Source of the DNA: an uncultured Gemmatimonadaceae bacterium
GTDB taxonomy: Bacteria; Gemmatimonadota; Gemmatimonadetes; Gemmatimonadales; Gemmatimonadaceae
DNA: 64,000 bases
Direction of reading: 5' to 3'
Assembly: GCA_963751275.1 (NCBI GenBank)
Contig: CAVVTZ010000007.1
Location: forward strand, 576,001 to 640,000
How positions within the stretch are numbered: the first letter of the stretch is position 1; each line of letters begins with the position of its first letter. Positions 32,601-43,268 of the stretch are shown piece after piece. The notes beneath the pieces were generated by a model that saw nothing but the letters and a program-made list of their open reading frames with translations, did no database searches and was not told the DNA's origin. A program made the position numbers and the translations under genes.

Positions 32601-35600
32601 CTAGGCCAGGCTCTTCTCGTGGCGATGTGTACGCGCCCGCTTATCCGCATCAGCCAGAAGGCCCCGACCAAGCTCGACAGTTCCAACTAGCCTTCCTACT
32701 CGTAGACTCAGCTGCGAGAGTATTGGGCCGCGCTCAAACCGAAAGTTCGTTACGTACTCATTCCAGAGCGCAACGAATCTCGGAAGTTCTCCCCGCCTCT
32801 CAAATGCATATGAGAGTGCAAGAACGTAGAGATCGTGGTGCGCCATCTGCCGTGCCATGTGATGGATCCGGAGTAACTCATCAATCTCGGTGTTCGTCGG
32901 ACACCATTGTTCCACAAGAAGACGTGCCAGTGTCCACGAACCTGTTCGGTGCGCCATTCCGCGCGGCCATTTCGCTTCGACAGACTCGAAGAGGCGTCGG
33001 AGCAGACTGATAGCGCTCGCGCCATCGCCCTCGAGTAGCGACAGCCGAGCCTCGTAGTCCAAGTCTCTAATCCGGTCCATGTCTACGAGGGTCGTTGAGC
33101 GCTGTCTCCAGGCAAGAAGGGATTTCCGTGCAGCTGCCGTGTCCCCGAGTGCCAATTGGTATTTCGCCCGAGACAACTGGTAGCGGTGAATGCCGTCAGG
33201 CAACCAGAGTTTTGTCGCGAGCAGTTCTCCGTCGTCAATCAAGTTGAAGAGGTCCGCGATATGACCGCCTAGGTAGAGACCTTCGGCACATTGCCCTATG
33301 GCGCGAATCAAATATCCGGGGTTTTCAGAACTCTTGAGAACACGCCGCAGATCCTGCGCAGCTTTCCCGCAGGCGGCCGCCGAGCCGAAGGACCCCTGAA
33401 ATATGATTTCCAACTCCGCGACGGCCGAGTCCTCCACCCCCGCGAAGAGTGGAGTCGTTGCCTCGAATATCTCGATCCCCTCTGTGCGAGCGAACAAATT
33501 ACTGGCAAGCTTCATCGCTATCGTTGCGGCCATCACCCGGAATGTGGGAGATGCGTCGGGATCCAACGCACAGGCACGGCTCTTGTCGAACCCCGCCCGC
33601 GATGGCCCGGTCGAGAAGTGCTCGGCATCGACCGCATAGAGAAATTCGGGCGTACAAGGCGTGCTGGCATTTGCTCCGGCTGTCTGAGTTCTTTCAAGCA
33701 TCGCGTAGATTTCGAGCAGCCGAGCATAGTCGCGAGTGGTATAGAGCGCGCCGATCAGGCGGCGCAGAAATCTCTCACGTACCACTTCCTGCTCAGGTTC
33801 GAGCGTAAGCGCATACTCCAGAATACGTATGGCGTCGAGCGGAATGCCCATCTTGATTGCTCGTTCGGAGCAGCGCTCCAGGAGCATGAGAGCCGCGTCA
33901 CGCTCACCGGCGTTCTCTCGATGCTTCGCACAATCGAAGAGGAGAGATGGATTTGAGCTCGCGTCGACCTCCCGTTCCAGCGTCTCCGCAGCATGACGGT
34001 GAAGCACACGTAGTGATAGTTGTGATATCTCGCTCAGTGCGGACATTCCGAGTAGGTCATGCCGGCAGAGCAGGTGGTCAGCCTCGGTGAGAATGAGCGA
34101 GTGTCGAGAAAGCTCATCGAGACTATCAAGGAGCGAAATCCTTCGCTCGTCGAGGACCGACTCGACGCGACGAAGCGTGGAATTCGATCCAAGTACTGCC
34201 GCTGCCTGAAGTACCCGCCGGGACAGCGGAGTGATATCTAGAAACCTCTCCGCAATCAGCTTCGTCAGGCTCGGTGGGGCCTGGAAGCGACCATCGGCAG
34301 TCGACGCTCGGCGGCCAAGTTCAATCAAGAAATAGGGATTCCCCGCGCTCGTGCGGACACACCAGTCGATGAAGTCCTCCTCGTTGGAGCGCTTCGCGGG
34401 GCCCACGTGGCCGAAGAGTTTGCGGCAGAATGCGGCGCTCAATGGCTGGAGTGGCATGGGCATGACTGCCGCGTCTTTCGGGATCGGGGTCGAGCCCTCC
34501 TCGGCGTCGCGCCGCGTCATCAGGACCAACACACCGGTCGTCGCAAGCTTCTTGCTCAACGCGGCCATCACATCCCAGCTCCACTCGTCCATCCAGTGGA
34601 TGTCCTCGATCAAGAGGATCACGCAGCTCTCGGTCGCCACGGCCGCAACGAGATCCACGATCGACAGCCTGATCCGCGCGAACAGATACTCCGCGTCCTG
34701 GCTCTCGGCGCTTGGCGTGGTCTGCTTGCAGTCGTAACTCGTCAGACGCTGCAGGTACGGAATTGAGTCGGGGTCGATGCCCACGGCGCCGGGCATCCGC
34801 CGGAGGGGCGGAACCAAATCACTCCACGCGCCCAATGGCCGGTGATCATCGTGCCGGCCCATGCTCGTGCGTGCGATCTTCGTTCCTTTCAACTCCGCGG
34901 CGCGCGTGAACTCGGTCACTAATCGCGTCTTCCCGATCCCCGGCGGACCGCTGATCACGAACGCGCTCCCGCGTCCCTCGCGCGCGTCCTTGAGCGCTGC
35001 GTCGAGCTTCGCCATCTCCTCCTCACGCCCGATCTGCGGCGGCTCGACTTCGATCACCGGCGGCACCGGATACAACTCGATGATCCGCTTCCGCAGCGCG
35101 AGCATCGGTTCGCGGATCTGCTTGCTCGCGGGACCGATCTCCGATGAATACCGGTCGAGCACGGCGATCGCCCGCGCCTTGCTGCCATCCATCGCGATGG
35201 ATTCCGCGTAGGCGAGAGTCGCGAGCTCGTTGAGCGGGTCCAGCTCCAGGCAGCGCATCGCCAGCTTCTCGGTCGCCTGCCAATCGCCCGCGGCGCGACG
35301 CTCGGTGATCGCGGCGCCGAGCCGGCGCCGGAGCGCCGCGTTCACTTGCGCACGCTGCTCCTCCACCCACGTGGTGAACGGGTCCGACACGCGCGGCATG
35401 TAGCCGGGCAGGAAGCCGCCCGGGATCCGCGTCAGCAATTCCTCGGTGGCGATGCCCGAGTCCTCATCGAGGAGATCGTCGAAATCCGTCGCGACGATCC
35501 CGTCAGGCAGCGTGATCCGCGCGCCGCTCGCCTCGATCGGCATGCCGCACGTGCGCAGGCGATAGCACATCTGCCGCATCGCGTGCGTGCCGTTGGACTC

Positions 35601-35807
35601 GGGTAGTTCAGGCCAGAGGGTCTCGGTGAACTTGCTGCGCTCCACTTTGCGCCGCCCCTCGACGGCCACGAACAGCGCGCTCGCGAACAGCATGCGCGCG
35701 TTCGGCGCGAGGCGCGTGGCGCCGATCGAGATCAGGCACTGGCCAAGACTCTGCAGATGGATCATGACGTCCCCGCTGACTGCTGTGGAGCGCAACGCTG
35801 TGGTCAT
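32601..35807 (-). CDS. AfsR/SARP-like STAND regulator: wHTH + BTAD + NTPase + helical-repeat sensor
   Basis: HLQSLG..wHTH-like start; LELDPLNE (BTAD); IGREEEM, GPPGIGKT, LLIEDIHWMD, AGNPYFLIEL; TPR-like C-terminus. Confidence 0.85.
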   Translation of the reverse strand: MTTALRSTAVSGDVMIHLQSLGQCLISIGATRLAPNARMLFASALFVAVEGRRKVERSKFTETLWPELPESNGTHAMRQMCYRLRTCGMPIEASGARITLPDGIVATDFDDLLDEDSGIATEELLTRIPGGFLPGYMPRVSDPFTTWVEEQRAQVNAALRRRLGAAITERRAAGDWQATEKLAMRCLELDPLNELATLAYAESIAMDGSKARAIAVLDRYSSEIGPASKQIREPMLALRKRIIELYPVPPVIEVEPPQIGREEEMAKLDAALKDAREGRGSAFVISGPPGIGKTRLVTEFTRAAELKGTKIARTSMGRHDDHRPLGAWSDLVPPLRRMPGAVGIDPDSIPYLQRLTSYDCKQTTPSAESQDAEYLFARIRLSIVDLVAAVATESCVILLIEDIHWMDEWSWDVMAALSKKLATTGVLVLMTRRDAEEGSTPIPKDAAVMPMPLQPLSAAFCRKLFGHVGPAKRSNEEDFIDWCVRTSAGNPYFLIELGRRASTADGRFQAPPSLTKLIAERFLDITPLSRRVLQAAAVLGSNSTLRRVESVLDERRISLLDSLDELSRHSLILTEADHLLCRHDLLGMSALSEISQLSLRVLHRHAAETLEREVDASSNPSLLFDCAKHRENAGERDAALMLLERCSERAIKMGIPLDAIRILEYALTLEPEQEVVRERFLRRLIGALYTTRDYARLLEIYAMLERTQTAGANASTPCTPEFLYAVDAEHFSTGPSRAGFDKSRACALDPDASPTFRVMAATIAMKLASNLFARTEGIEIFEATTPLFAGVEDSAVAELEIIFQGSFGSAAACGKAAQDLRRVLKSSENPGYLIRAIGQCAEGLYLGGHIADLFNLIDDGELLATKLWLPDGIHRYQLSRAKYQLALGDTAAARKSLLAWRQRSTTLVDMDRIRDLDYEARLSLLEGDGASAISLLRRLFESVEAKWPRGMAHRTGSWTLARLLVEQWCPTNTEIDELLRIHHMARQMAHHDLYVLALSYAFERRGELPRFVALWNEYVTNFRFERGPILSQLSLRVGRLVGTVELGRGLLADADKRARTHRHEKSLA

Positions 35808-35919
35808 GGCGTCACCGAAGTGTCACGGGGAGCATTAAGGCAGACTTAGACGTTGGACTGAGACGGTAGACAGATACTGCTAACGCCTGGCCGAGTCCGC
35901 GAGTACTGTCGGGGTTTGT

Positions 35920-36423
35920 TCAGCCGGTGGAGCCCAAACCGCCTGAACGGTCGGTGCTCTTGCCGACCTTGCCCGGTTTCCATTCGGCGGTCTCATAGCG
36001 CGCGAGGACCGCCTGCGCGATGCGCTCGCCGTGGTCGATGCGGACGTCCTTCGTTCCCGAATTGCGGGTCATCACGAGCCACTCGTCGGGATAGTCGGCA
36101 TCAATGGTGCCGGGGGCGTTCGGCAAGGTGAGACCCTTCTTCAGTGCGGCGGAACTGCGAATCCTTATCTGCGCTTCGAAGTGCGAGGGCAATCGCGCGC
36201 GGAATCCCAGCGGCACGAGCGCGATCTCGCCGGGAGCCAACGTCAGCGCATCGTCGGCGCCGATCGCGCGCTCGGTCATGGTACCGCTCACGAAGACCTT
36301 CACGCTGCGGCCGCGCAGGCACGCGCTCAGGTCATAGCCGCTCGAGTCCGCCGTCGCGCGCGAGGGCATGCGCGCGTCCGCGTGCAGCGCTTCGAAGATC
36401 ACCACCGGTAACGAATCGGTCAT
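35920..36423 (-). CDS. dut: dUTP diphosphatase
   Basis: SSGYDL, RSSAALK, GTIDADY, GERIAQ, RSGGLGSTG. Confidence 0.95.
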   Translation of the reverse strand: MTDSLPVVIFEALHADARMPSRATADSSGYDLSACLRGRSVKVFVSGTMTERAIGADDALTLAPGEIALVPLGFRARLPSHFEAQIRIRSSAALKKGLTLPNAPGTIDADYPDEWLVMTRNSGTKDVRIDHGERIAQAVLARYETAEWKPGKVGKSTDRSGGLGSTG

Positions 36424-36479
36424 TCCACTCGTAGTGAGAGTCGCAAGCTTGGCCCCACCAGTGCGAACGGGTAACTTCC

Positions 36480-38261
36480 ATGATCAGTTCCACACACGAG
36501 TACCGCATGCCGCGCGACGACCGGCCGTTCAGAGACCGCGTCACACACAAACTGCCCCCTCATCTCGCCGGCTGGCAACTGCCATCCGACTGGACGTGGG
36601 GGAGCGACGGCGTCGAAGGCGAATACCGCCATTACCAGGAACTCGTGGACGGCCTGGGCCGCTCGCTCTCGCTCGTGAGCGTGCCGGACACCTCGCACGA
36701 AGAATGGCTCTTCTCCGAGGCGCGGCGCCTCGCGCACCTGAACCACCCGTCGATCCCCACCACGTACCACTACTGGGCGCGCCACGTGAACTCGCCGCGC
36801 GGCCCCGGCTATCTGCGCCGCTGGATCCCGGGCGAAACGGTGTTCGCGCAGCTCGAGCGCGCGGGCATCTACGACCTTGCCACCACGCTGCAGCTGCTGC
36901 GCAACATCGGCTCCGCCATCGCGTACCTGCACACCGCCGGCAGCACGCACGGCGCGGTGAGCGCGGAAACGTGCTGGGTGGCACCCACGGGACGCCTCTG
37001 GCTGCTGGGATGGGAATGGGCAATGCCGCGCGCCGAGATCCCGGACGGGCTCACGCCGTCGCGCCGCTACATGCCGATCCCGCCCGAATGGAGCGGCGAC
37101 GAGTGGGCGCCCACGATCGCGAGCGACCAGTGGCAGATCGCCGCCACGGCCTTCGCGACGCTCACCGGCGAGTATCCGCCCGAGGATCTGCCGCCGCTGC
37201 GGCTCGTGCGCCCCGATCTGCCCAAGAGCGTGAGCGACGTGCTCTCGCGCGCGCTCGCCAACTCGCCCGCCGACCGTTTCCATTCGGTGAGCGCAATGCT
37301 CCGCGAGCTCGACCGCGCGGTGGGCAGCCGCACGAGCATGTTCGTGAGCGGCGGCGTGGCGGCGATGCGCACGAGCGGCGACTCCGAAGAGGCGCGCCTT
37401 CGCTGGGCCACCGGCGAAGATTACGAAGTGATCGCGCGGCTCGGATCCGGCACCTTCGGCTCGGTGTGGCGCGTGCGCGACCTCACGCTCAATCGTGAAG
37501 TGGCGCTCAGAATGCTGCACCCGCACGTGAGCAGCGACGAGCAGGCGGTGCACCGCTTCCGGCGCGAGGCGCAGCTTGCCGCGCAGCTCGCGCACCCCGC
37601 CATTGTCCCGATCTTCGACTGGGACACGAACGGCGGCGTCTCCTGGTACACGATGGAGCTCGCCGAGGGCGGCTCGCTCTCGGATCTCGTGAAGCGCGCG
37701 GGCAAGCGCAGCGTGGAAGAGATCGCGCCGCAGATCGATTTCGTGCTCGACGGTCTCGCCGCCGCGCATTCGGCGGGGATCATCCATCGCGACTTGAAGC
37801 CCGAGAACATCCTGATCGACCGCTGGCGCCGGTGGCGGATCGGGGATTTCGGCGTGGCGAAGATCAGCGGCGAGGATCTCCTGCTCGGCACCACGGGCAC
37901 GCCGGAATTCGCGGCGCCGGAGCAGTTGCTCGGCGAGCCGCAGGGGCCGGCGGTGGACTGCTTCGAGCTCGCGGCGATCACGCTCTTCCTGCTCAGCGGC
38001 AAGGCGCCCTTCGGCAGTGGCGATGGCCGCGTGATCCTCGCGCGCATGCTCAAGATGGACATCAATGTCGACGGCATTCCGCCGGCGATCGAGGCATGGC
38101 TGCGCAAGGGACTCGCGCCGCGCCCCGAGGACCGGTTCACGGATGCGGGCGAGATGGCCGAGTCGTGGCGCGAAGCCGTGGACGCGACGATCGGCGACGG
38201 GATCCGCGCACCGTGGTGGCGGCGCTGGCTGGGCGCGAGCGATTCCGCGGCGGCCATGTGA
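36480..38261 (+). CDS. Ser/Thr protein kinase with two tandem kinase-fold domains
   Basis: C-terminal domain [20 protein letters not shown]; degenerate N-terminal kinase domain. Confidence 0.88.
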   Translation: MISSTHEYRMPRDDRPFRDRVTHKLPPHLAGWQLPSDWTWGSDGVEGEYRHYQELVDGLGRSLSLVSVPDTSHEEWLFSEARRLAHLNHPSIPTTYHYWARHVNSPRGPGYLRRWIPGETVFAQLERAGIYDLATTLQLLRNIGSAIAYLHTAGSTHGAVSAETCWVAPTGRLWLLGWEWAMPRAEIPDGLTPSRRYMPIPPEWSGDEWAPTIASDQWQIAATAFATLTGEYPPEDLPPLRLVRPDLPKSVSDVLSRALANSPADRFHSVSAMLRELDRAVGSRTSMFVSGGVAAMRTSGDSEEARLRWATGEDYEVIARLGSGTFGSVWRVRDLTLNREVALRMLHPHVSSDEQAVHRFRREAQLAAQLAHPAIVPIFDWDTNGGVSWYTMELAEGGSLSDLVKRAGKRSVEEIAPQIDFVLDGLAAAHSAGIIHRDLKPENILIDRWRRWRIGDFGVAKISGEDLLLGTTGTPEFAAPEQLLGEPQGPAVDCFELAAITLFLLSGKAPFGSGDGRVILARMLKMDINVDGIPPAIEAWLRKGLAPRPEDRFTDAGEMAESWREAVDATIGDGIRAPWWRRWLGASDSAAAM

Positions 38262-38268
38262 GGAGCGC

Positions 38269-38658
38269 ATGACGAGACAGAACATCTCGAGCGGCACGCC
38301 GTGGGAGCCGAAGGTCGGCTACTCGCGCGCGGTACGGGTGGGGAACGTGGTGCACGTGTCGGGCACGACGGCCACGGGTGACGGCGGCACCGTGGTGGGC
38401 GCCGACGATGCCTACGCGCAGACGGTGCAGACGCTCAAGAACATCGAGAGCGCGCTGACGAAAGCGGGCGCGAAGATGACCGACGTGGTGCGCACGCGCA
38501 TCTACGTGACCGACATCTCGCGCTGGGAGGACATCGGCCGCGCGCACGGCGAGGTGTTCGGCACCATCCGCCCCGCGACCGCCATGATCGAGATCAGCCG
38601 CCTGATCAACCCCGAGATGCTCGTCGAGATCGAGGCGGAAGCGATCATCGAGCGCTGA
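38269..38658 (+). CDS. RidA/YjgF-family protein
   Basis: [32 protein letters not shown]. Confidence 0.92.
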   Translation: MTRQNISSGTPWEPKVGYSRAVRVGNVVHVSGTTATGDGGTVVGADDAYAQTVQTLKNIESALTKAGAKMTDVVRTRIYVTDISRWEDIGRAHGEVFGTIRPATAMIEISRLINPEMLVEIEAEAIIER

Positions 38659-38664
38659 CGCTCA

Positions 38665-39051
38665 CTACGGCGCGGGTCGGAGCCGCGCCGTGAGATCCGT
38701 GGAGATCGCGCCGCCGCACGCGTTGGCCGCGACCATGACGGAGCTGCGCATCCAGGTGACGTAGCCGGTGTGCATCACCGTAACCGTATACCTGCCCGGG
38801 CCGACGTTACCGACGAGAATACTGTCCTGCGGCGCGAAGCCGTGTCGCAGACTGTCACTGACGGCGGTGGATTGCACCGTGCCGGTGGCGGTGTCGGCCA
38901 GCGGGCGTCCCGTCACCGAGTCGGCGACGCCCACGATGATGCCAGGCTGGTACGCTCCGGGCGTGGGAATGCAGTTCGCCGTGGGACTCGAACAGGCGAG
39001 CGCGCCGGCGGCGGCCAGGAGCGGAAGCGAGAACAGCGCGGAACGAGACAT
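38665..39051 (-). CDS. Small lipoprotein, carboxypeptidase-regulatory/PEGA-like beta fold (paralog A)
   Basis: Lipobox ALAC-SSPT; VADSVTGRPL; GRYTVTV..GY..W; additional Cys pair. Confidence 0.75.
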   Translation of the reverse strand: MSRSALFSLPLLAAAGALACSSPTANCIPTPGAYQPGIIVGVADSVTGRPLADTATGTVQSTAVSDSLRHGFAPQDSILVGNVGPGRYTVTVMHTGYVTWMRSSVMVAANACGGAISTDLTARLRPAP

Positions 39052-39064
39052 GCCGGCGATCACT

Positions 39065-39460
39065 CTACGGCGCTGGTTGGAGAGGCGCCCGCAGATCCAC
39101 GGTATTCAACTCGTTGCAGAAGCCGGACGGCGTCACCACGATGTTCGCGCGCGTCCAATCCTGATAGCCGGCGCGGCTGATCGTCACCCGGTAGGTGCCC
39201 GCGACGGGCCCGCCGAAGAGCACGCTGTCCAGCGCCGCCGCGCCATGGTAGAGCGAATCCGCCATGGTGTCGACCTGGAACGTGCCATGCCCGAGGCCGG
39301 CCAGCGGCGCACCGGTCACCGAGTCGACCGCCACCACACTGACGGCCGGCGTGTACACCGCCGAGCAGACGCCGAGCGGGGGGGCGGAGGTGGGACTGGA
39401 GCACGCGACCGCAGCCAGGGTAGCGGCCCATGCCAACGAACGCTGACGAGAATTGGACAT
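39065..39460 (-). CDS. Small lipoprotein, same family (paralog B)
   Basis: Lipobox AVAC-SSPT; AVDSVTGAPL; GTYRVTI..GY..W. Confidence 0.75.
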   Translation of the reverse strand: MSNSRQRSLAWAATLAAVACSSPTSAPPLGVCSAVYTPAVSVVAVDSVTGAPLAGLGHGTFQVDTMADSLYHGAAALDSVLFGGPVAGTYRVTISRAGYQDWTRANIVVTPSGFCNELNTVDLRAPLQPAP

Positions 39461-39494
39461 TCCGTGCGCCTCGCTGATTCGGATATCAGGTGTG

Positions 39495-39572
39495 CTACCC
39501 CGCGAAGCGTCCAAAGATCGGGCGCCTCCACTCATCGAACCGGATCAGTTTCTCCGCCGTGATCCCATCGCC
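39495..39572 (-). pseudogene. Orphan duplicate of the moxR 3' end
   Basis: Reads GDGITAEKLIRFDEWRRPIFGRFAG* versus moxR C-terminus AEGITVEKLIRLEE*. Confidence 0.75.
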
Positions 39573-39658
39573 CCGCCACCGCGATGCTCGAGATCAGCCG
39601 CCTGATCAACCCGGAGATGCTCGTCGAGATCGAGGCCGAAGCGATCATCGAACGGTAG
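39571..39658 (+). pseudogene. Orphan duplicate of the ridA 3' end
   Basis: [28 protein letters not shown] versus rid[29 protein letters not shown] at 38571-38658. Confidence 0.9.
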
Positions 39659-39735
39659 AGGTTCCTCCGCCATTGCAGTTCACAAGAAATCACCGATCTC
39701 GGTCTTCGCGTTGCGCCCTCGACGCGAGAGGCCGT

Positions 39736-39852
39736 TTCCGCGCATTCCGCGCATTCCGCGCAATCCGCGTGGAAGCAGTTGCTGTGTTCTTGACGACGCC
39801 ACGACAACCGCTTGCACGCGGATCACGCGAAATGCGCGGATGACGCGGAGAC
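39736..39852. repeat. Imperfect palindrome of 9-mer TCCGCGCAT / ACGCGGATC arrays
   Basis: ttccgcgca x3 + atccgcgtg ... cacgcggat cacgcgaaa tgcgcggat gacgcggag. Confidence 0.8.
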
Positions 39853-39877
39853 TGCAACTGCATTCTAGGTGAACTGC

Positions 39878-40864
<987 letters not shown>

Positions 40865-40903
40865 TGAATTGACCGGCGTGAAGGTGGAACGGAGCGGCGG
40901 GTG

Positions 40904-41380
40904 CTACGGCAATACGAATTCTACCCGCTCTTCCACCGGATGGTTGCTGCTGCGCAGGCGCGAGACCGCGGTGAAGCGGCCGCTGTGGCCGGCGCCGTTC
41001 CAGGATTCGCCGAAGGTGATCGTCTCGCGCGAGGCGAGGAGGCGATTCTGCAGAGACTGCGTGAACATGCGGCCGGTGCCGGAGTTCCAGACTTCGCGGC
41101 CGGCGGAATCGACGACGCGGAACTCGTGCGTCTGTCCGGTGGGGAAGCGGATCTCCATGGCGCGGTCGTGGAGATTCGTGACGTGGAGCGTGAATTGCAC
41201 GCCGTCGCCGACGGAGACGCCGGTGGAGACGGCGAGGGCGTTGTCGCTCGAGGGGGCGGTGACGACGCTGGCGTCCTTCTGATCGGCGTCGTCCTTGTGT
41301 GACGCGCGCGGTCCGCACGCAAGGATCAGCGCGGCGGCAGCGGCGAAGAGCAGGAAGGGACGACCGATGGAACGAGACAC
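40904..41380 (-). CDS. Lipoprotein with BsuPI-like (proteinase inhibitor) Ig domain
   Basis: ILAC lipobox; FPTGQTHEF.V.D..GREVWNS...MFTQ motif; start uncertain. Confidence 0.7.
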   Translation of the reverse strand: MSRSIGRPFLLFAAAAALILACGPRASHKDDADQKDASVVTAPSSDNALAVSTGVSVGDGVQFTLHVTNLHDRAMEIRFPTGQTHEFRVVDSAGREVWNSGTGRMFTQSLQNRLLASRETITFGESWNGAGHSGRFTAVSRLRSSNHPVEERVEFVLP

Positions 41381-41550
41381 GTGAGACCGCCGGAAATGCG
41401 ACGCCGAAAAACGATGACGCGAGAGGGACCGCGAAGTTAGCACCCAAGAGACGAGCGGTCAAGATTGGCGTCACTGTAAGTGTTTGTGGCGTTGGATGTT
41501 GCTGGCGGTGTTTGTTCGCAACGGGGCGTGATGGGGTGCGACAGGACTTT

Positions 41551-41581
41551 GCTTGCGAAAAATTTCACAAGCGGGTAAATT
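41551..41581 (+). promoter_or_regulatory. Sigma70 promoter of the atp operon with overlapping Rex-like operator
   Basis: TTGCGA-17-TAAATT; TTGCGAA-AAAT-TTCACAA (41553-41570) is one mismatch from TTGTGAA-N4-TTCACAA. Confidence 0.65.
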
Positions 41582-41591
41582 TCGCCGCGAA

Positions 41592-41825
41592 ATGAACGAC
41601 AAGCCGACTGGCGAGGGGGATCCGGCGGGCCGGACGGTGAATGGCGCGCAATTCGCCGGGATCGGCATCCAGTTCGTCGTGCTGGTCCTGCTCGGTCTGT
41701 ATGGCGGGAAATGGGTCGATGGGCGGCTGCATACGCCTCCGCTGTTCCTCGTGATCGGAGTCTTCGCGGGCGCGGGGGCGGGATTCTGGAACATGTATCG
41801 GGCACTGGCCGGGAACACCCGATGA
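41592..41825 (+). CDS. AtpZ/AtpI-family small membrane protein
   Basis: GLYGGKWVD..LHTPPLFLVIG motif; first gene of the atp operon. Confidence 0.85.
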   Translation: MNDKPTGEGDPAGRTVNGAQFAGIGIQFVVLVLLGLYGGKWVDGRLHTPPLFLVIGVFAGAGAGFWNMYRALAGNTR

Positions 41826-42172
41826 TCCGGCCGATCGTGCTCTTCTCGGCGGCGTCGCTGGCGCTGATCGCGATGGCTGGAGCGTTGCTCGGGTTGGCCT
41901 GGCCGGATCCGGCGTCGCGGCATGCGGTGTTCGTGAGTGCGGTGGTCGCGCTGGTGGTCCAGCTGTTCGCGTTCGCCGTGGTGAAGCTGGCTGCCGGTAC
42001 GAACATGCTCGCCGGATGGGGCATGGGGATGCTGTTGCGGTTCGTGGTGCTGGTGGCGTACGGCTTCGTTGGCGCTCGCGCGCTGGGATTGCCGATGGCC
42101 CCGGCGCTGATCAGTCTGGTCGCCTTCTTCTTCCTGACGTCGCTCCTGGAACCGGTGCTGCTCAAGACATGA
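41822..42172 (+). CDS. AtpI-like 4-TM protein
   Basis: Four hydrophobic helices, GMLLRF; lies before atpB. Confidence 0.75.
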   Translation: MIRPIVLFSAASLALIAMAGALLGLAWPDPASRHAVFVSAVVALVVQLFAFAVVKLAAGTNMLAGWGMGMLLRFVVLVAYGFVGARALGLPMAPALISLVAFFFLTSLLEPVLLKT

Positions 42173-43101
42173 CCATCAAGTCGATCGCGCTGGCCGCCCT
42201 CTTCCTGCTCGCCTTCGCCGCGGCGCCCGCCGTCGCGCAGGGCGGCGCCGAGCCGACGGCACCGTCGGCGGCCGAGGGCCCCGCGCCGGACATGATCACC
42301 CCGCACATCACCGACTCGCACCACCTCGAGTTCTTCGGGAGCGAGATCGAGCTGCCACGCTGGGCGCCGTTGCACGTCGGCGGCGTGACGGTGGACATGT
42401 CGCCCACGAAGCACGTGGTCATGCTGCTCATTGCGGCGTTCCTGAGCCTGGCGACACTGCTCTTCGCGGCCTTCGTGGGGGAGCGCCAGACGAAGAAGGC
42501 CGGCCACTTGTACGGATTCGCCGGCGTGATGGAGACGCTCGTGCTGTACATCCGGAATGAAGTGGCGCTGCCGAACGTCGGGCCGCATGGGGAGGGCTAC
42601 GCGCCGTTCGTGATCACGCTGTTCTTCTTCATTCTCTTCGCGAATCTCCTCGGGCTGATCCCGTACGGCGCGACGGCCACCGGGAACATCGCGGTGACGG
42701 CGACGCTGGCGCTCGTGACGTTCGTGGTGATCGAGGGCGCGACGATGGCGGCGCTGGGCAAGGATTATATCTGGACCATCCTGTACCGCCCGCCCGACAT
42801 GCCGCTCGCGATCAAGATCTTCATGGTCCCGATCATGACGGTCATCGAGATCGCGTCCAAGCTCACGAAGCCCTTCGCGCTCGCGATCCGGCTCTTCGCG
42901 AACATGACGGCGGGCCACATCGTGCTGCTCGCGATCATCAGCCTGATCTTCACCTTCCACAGCTGGATCATCGTGGGCGGACCGGTCGTGATGGGGATCG
43001 GCATCAGCATGCTGGAACTGTTCGTCGCATTCTTGCAGGCGTTCATCTTCGCGCTCCTCGCGAGCGTGTTCATCGGTCTGGGACGGCAAGCGGCACATTA
43101 G
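42169..43101 (+). CDS. atpB: ATP synthase F0 subunit a
   Basis: KPFALAIRLFANMTAGH, LELFVAFLQAFIF. Confidence 0.96.
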   Translation: MTIKSIALAALFLLAFAAAPAVAQGGAEPTAPSAAEGPAPDMITPHITDSHHLEFFGSEIELPRWAPLHVGGVTVDMSPTKHVVMLLIAAFLSLATLLFAAFVGERQTKKAGHLYGFAGVMETLVLYIRNEVALPNVGPHGEGYAPFVITLFFFILFANLLGLIPYGATATGNIAVTATLALVTFVVIEGATMAALGKDYIWTILYRPPDMPLAIKIFMVPIMTVIEIASKLTKPFALAIRLFANMTAGHIVLLAIISLIFTFHSWIIVGGPVVMGIGISMLELFVAFLQAFIFALLASVFIGLGRQAAH

Positions 43102-43268
43102 GCGGCACGAGATGGCAGTTCGCCATTGGAGCGCGCACTACTCCAGGGGCGTCGTACCCGGTCGGGTGACCGGGGAAGCTCGTTGAGGCCCGGGCCTCGT
43201 TGACGAGCAGCGCCGGCGGTGTTGGCGCGGTGCATTGGCACTTCACGTTTCGACTTCAGGAGCACGAA

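Noticed and set aside
38571..39658. ridA tail duplicate as a DGR template/variable repeat pair
   Set aside because: Mismatches are mostly C/G at third codon positions, not adenine-specific, and there is no reverse transcriptase in the window.
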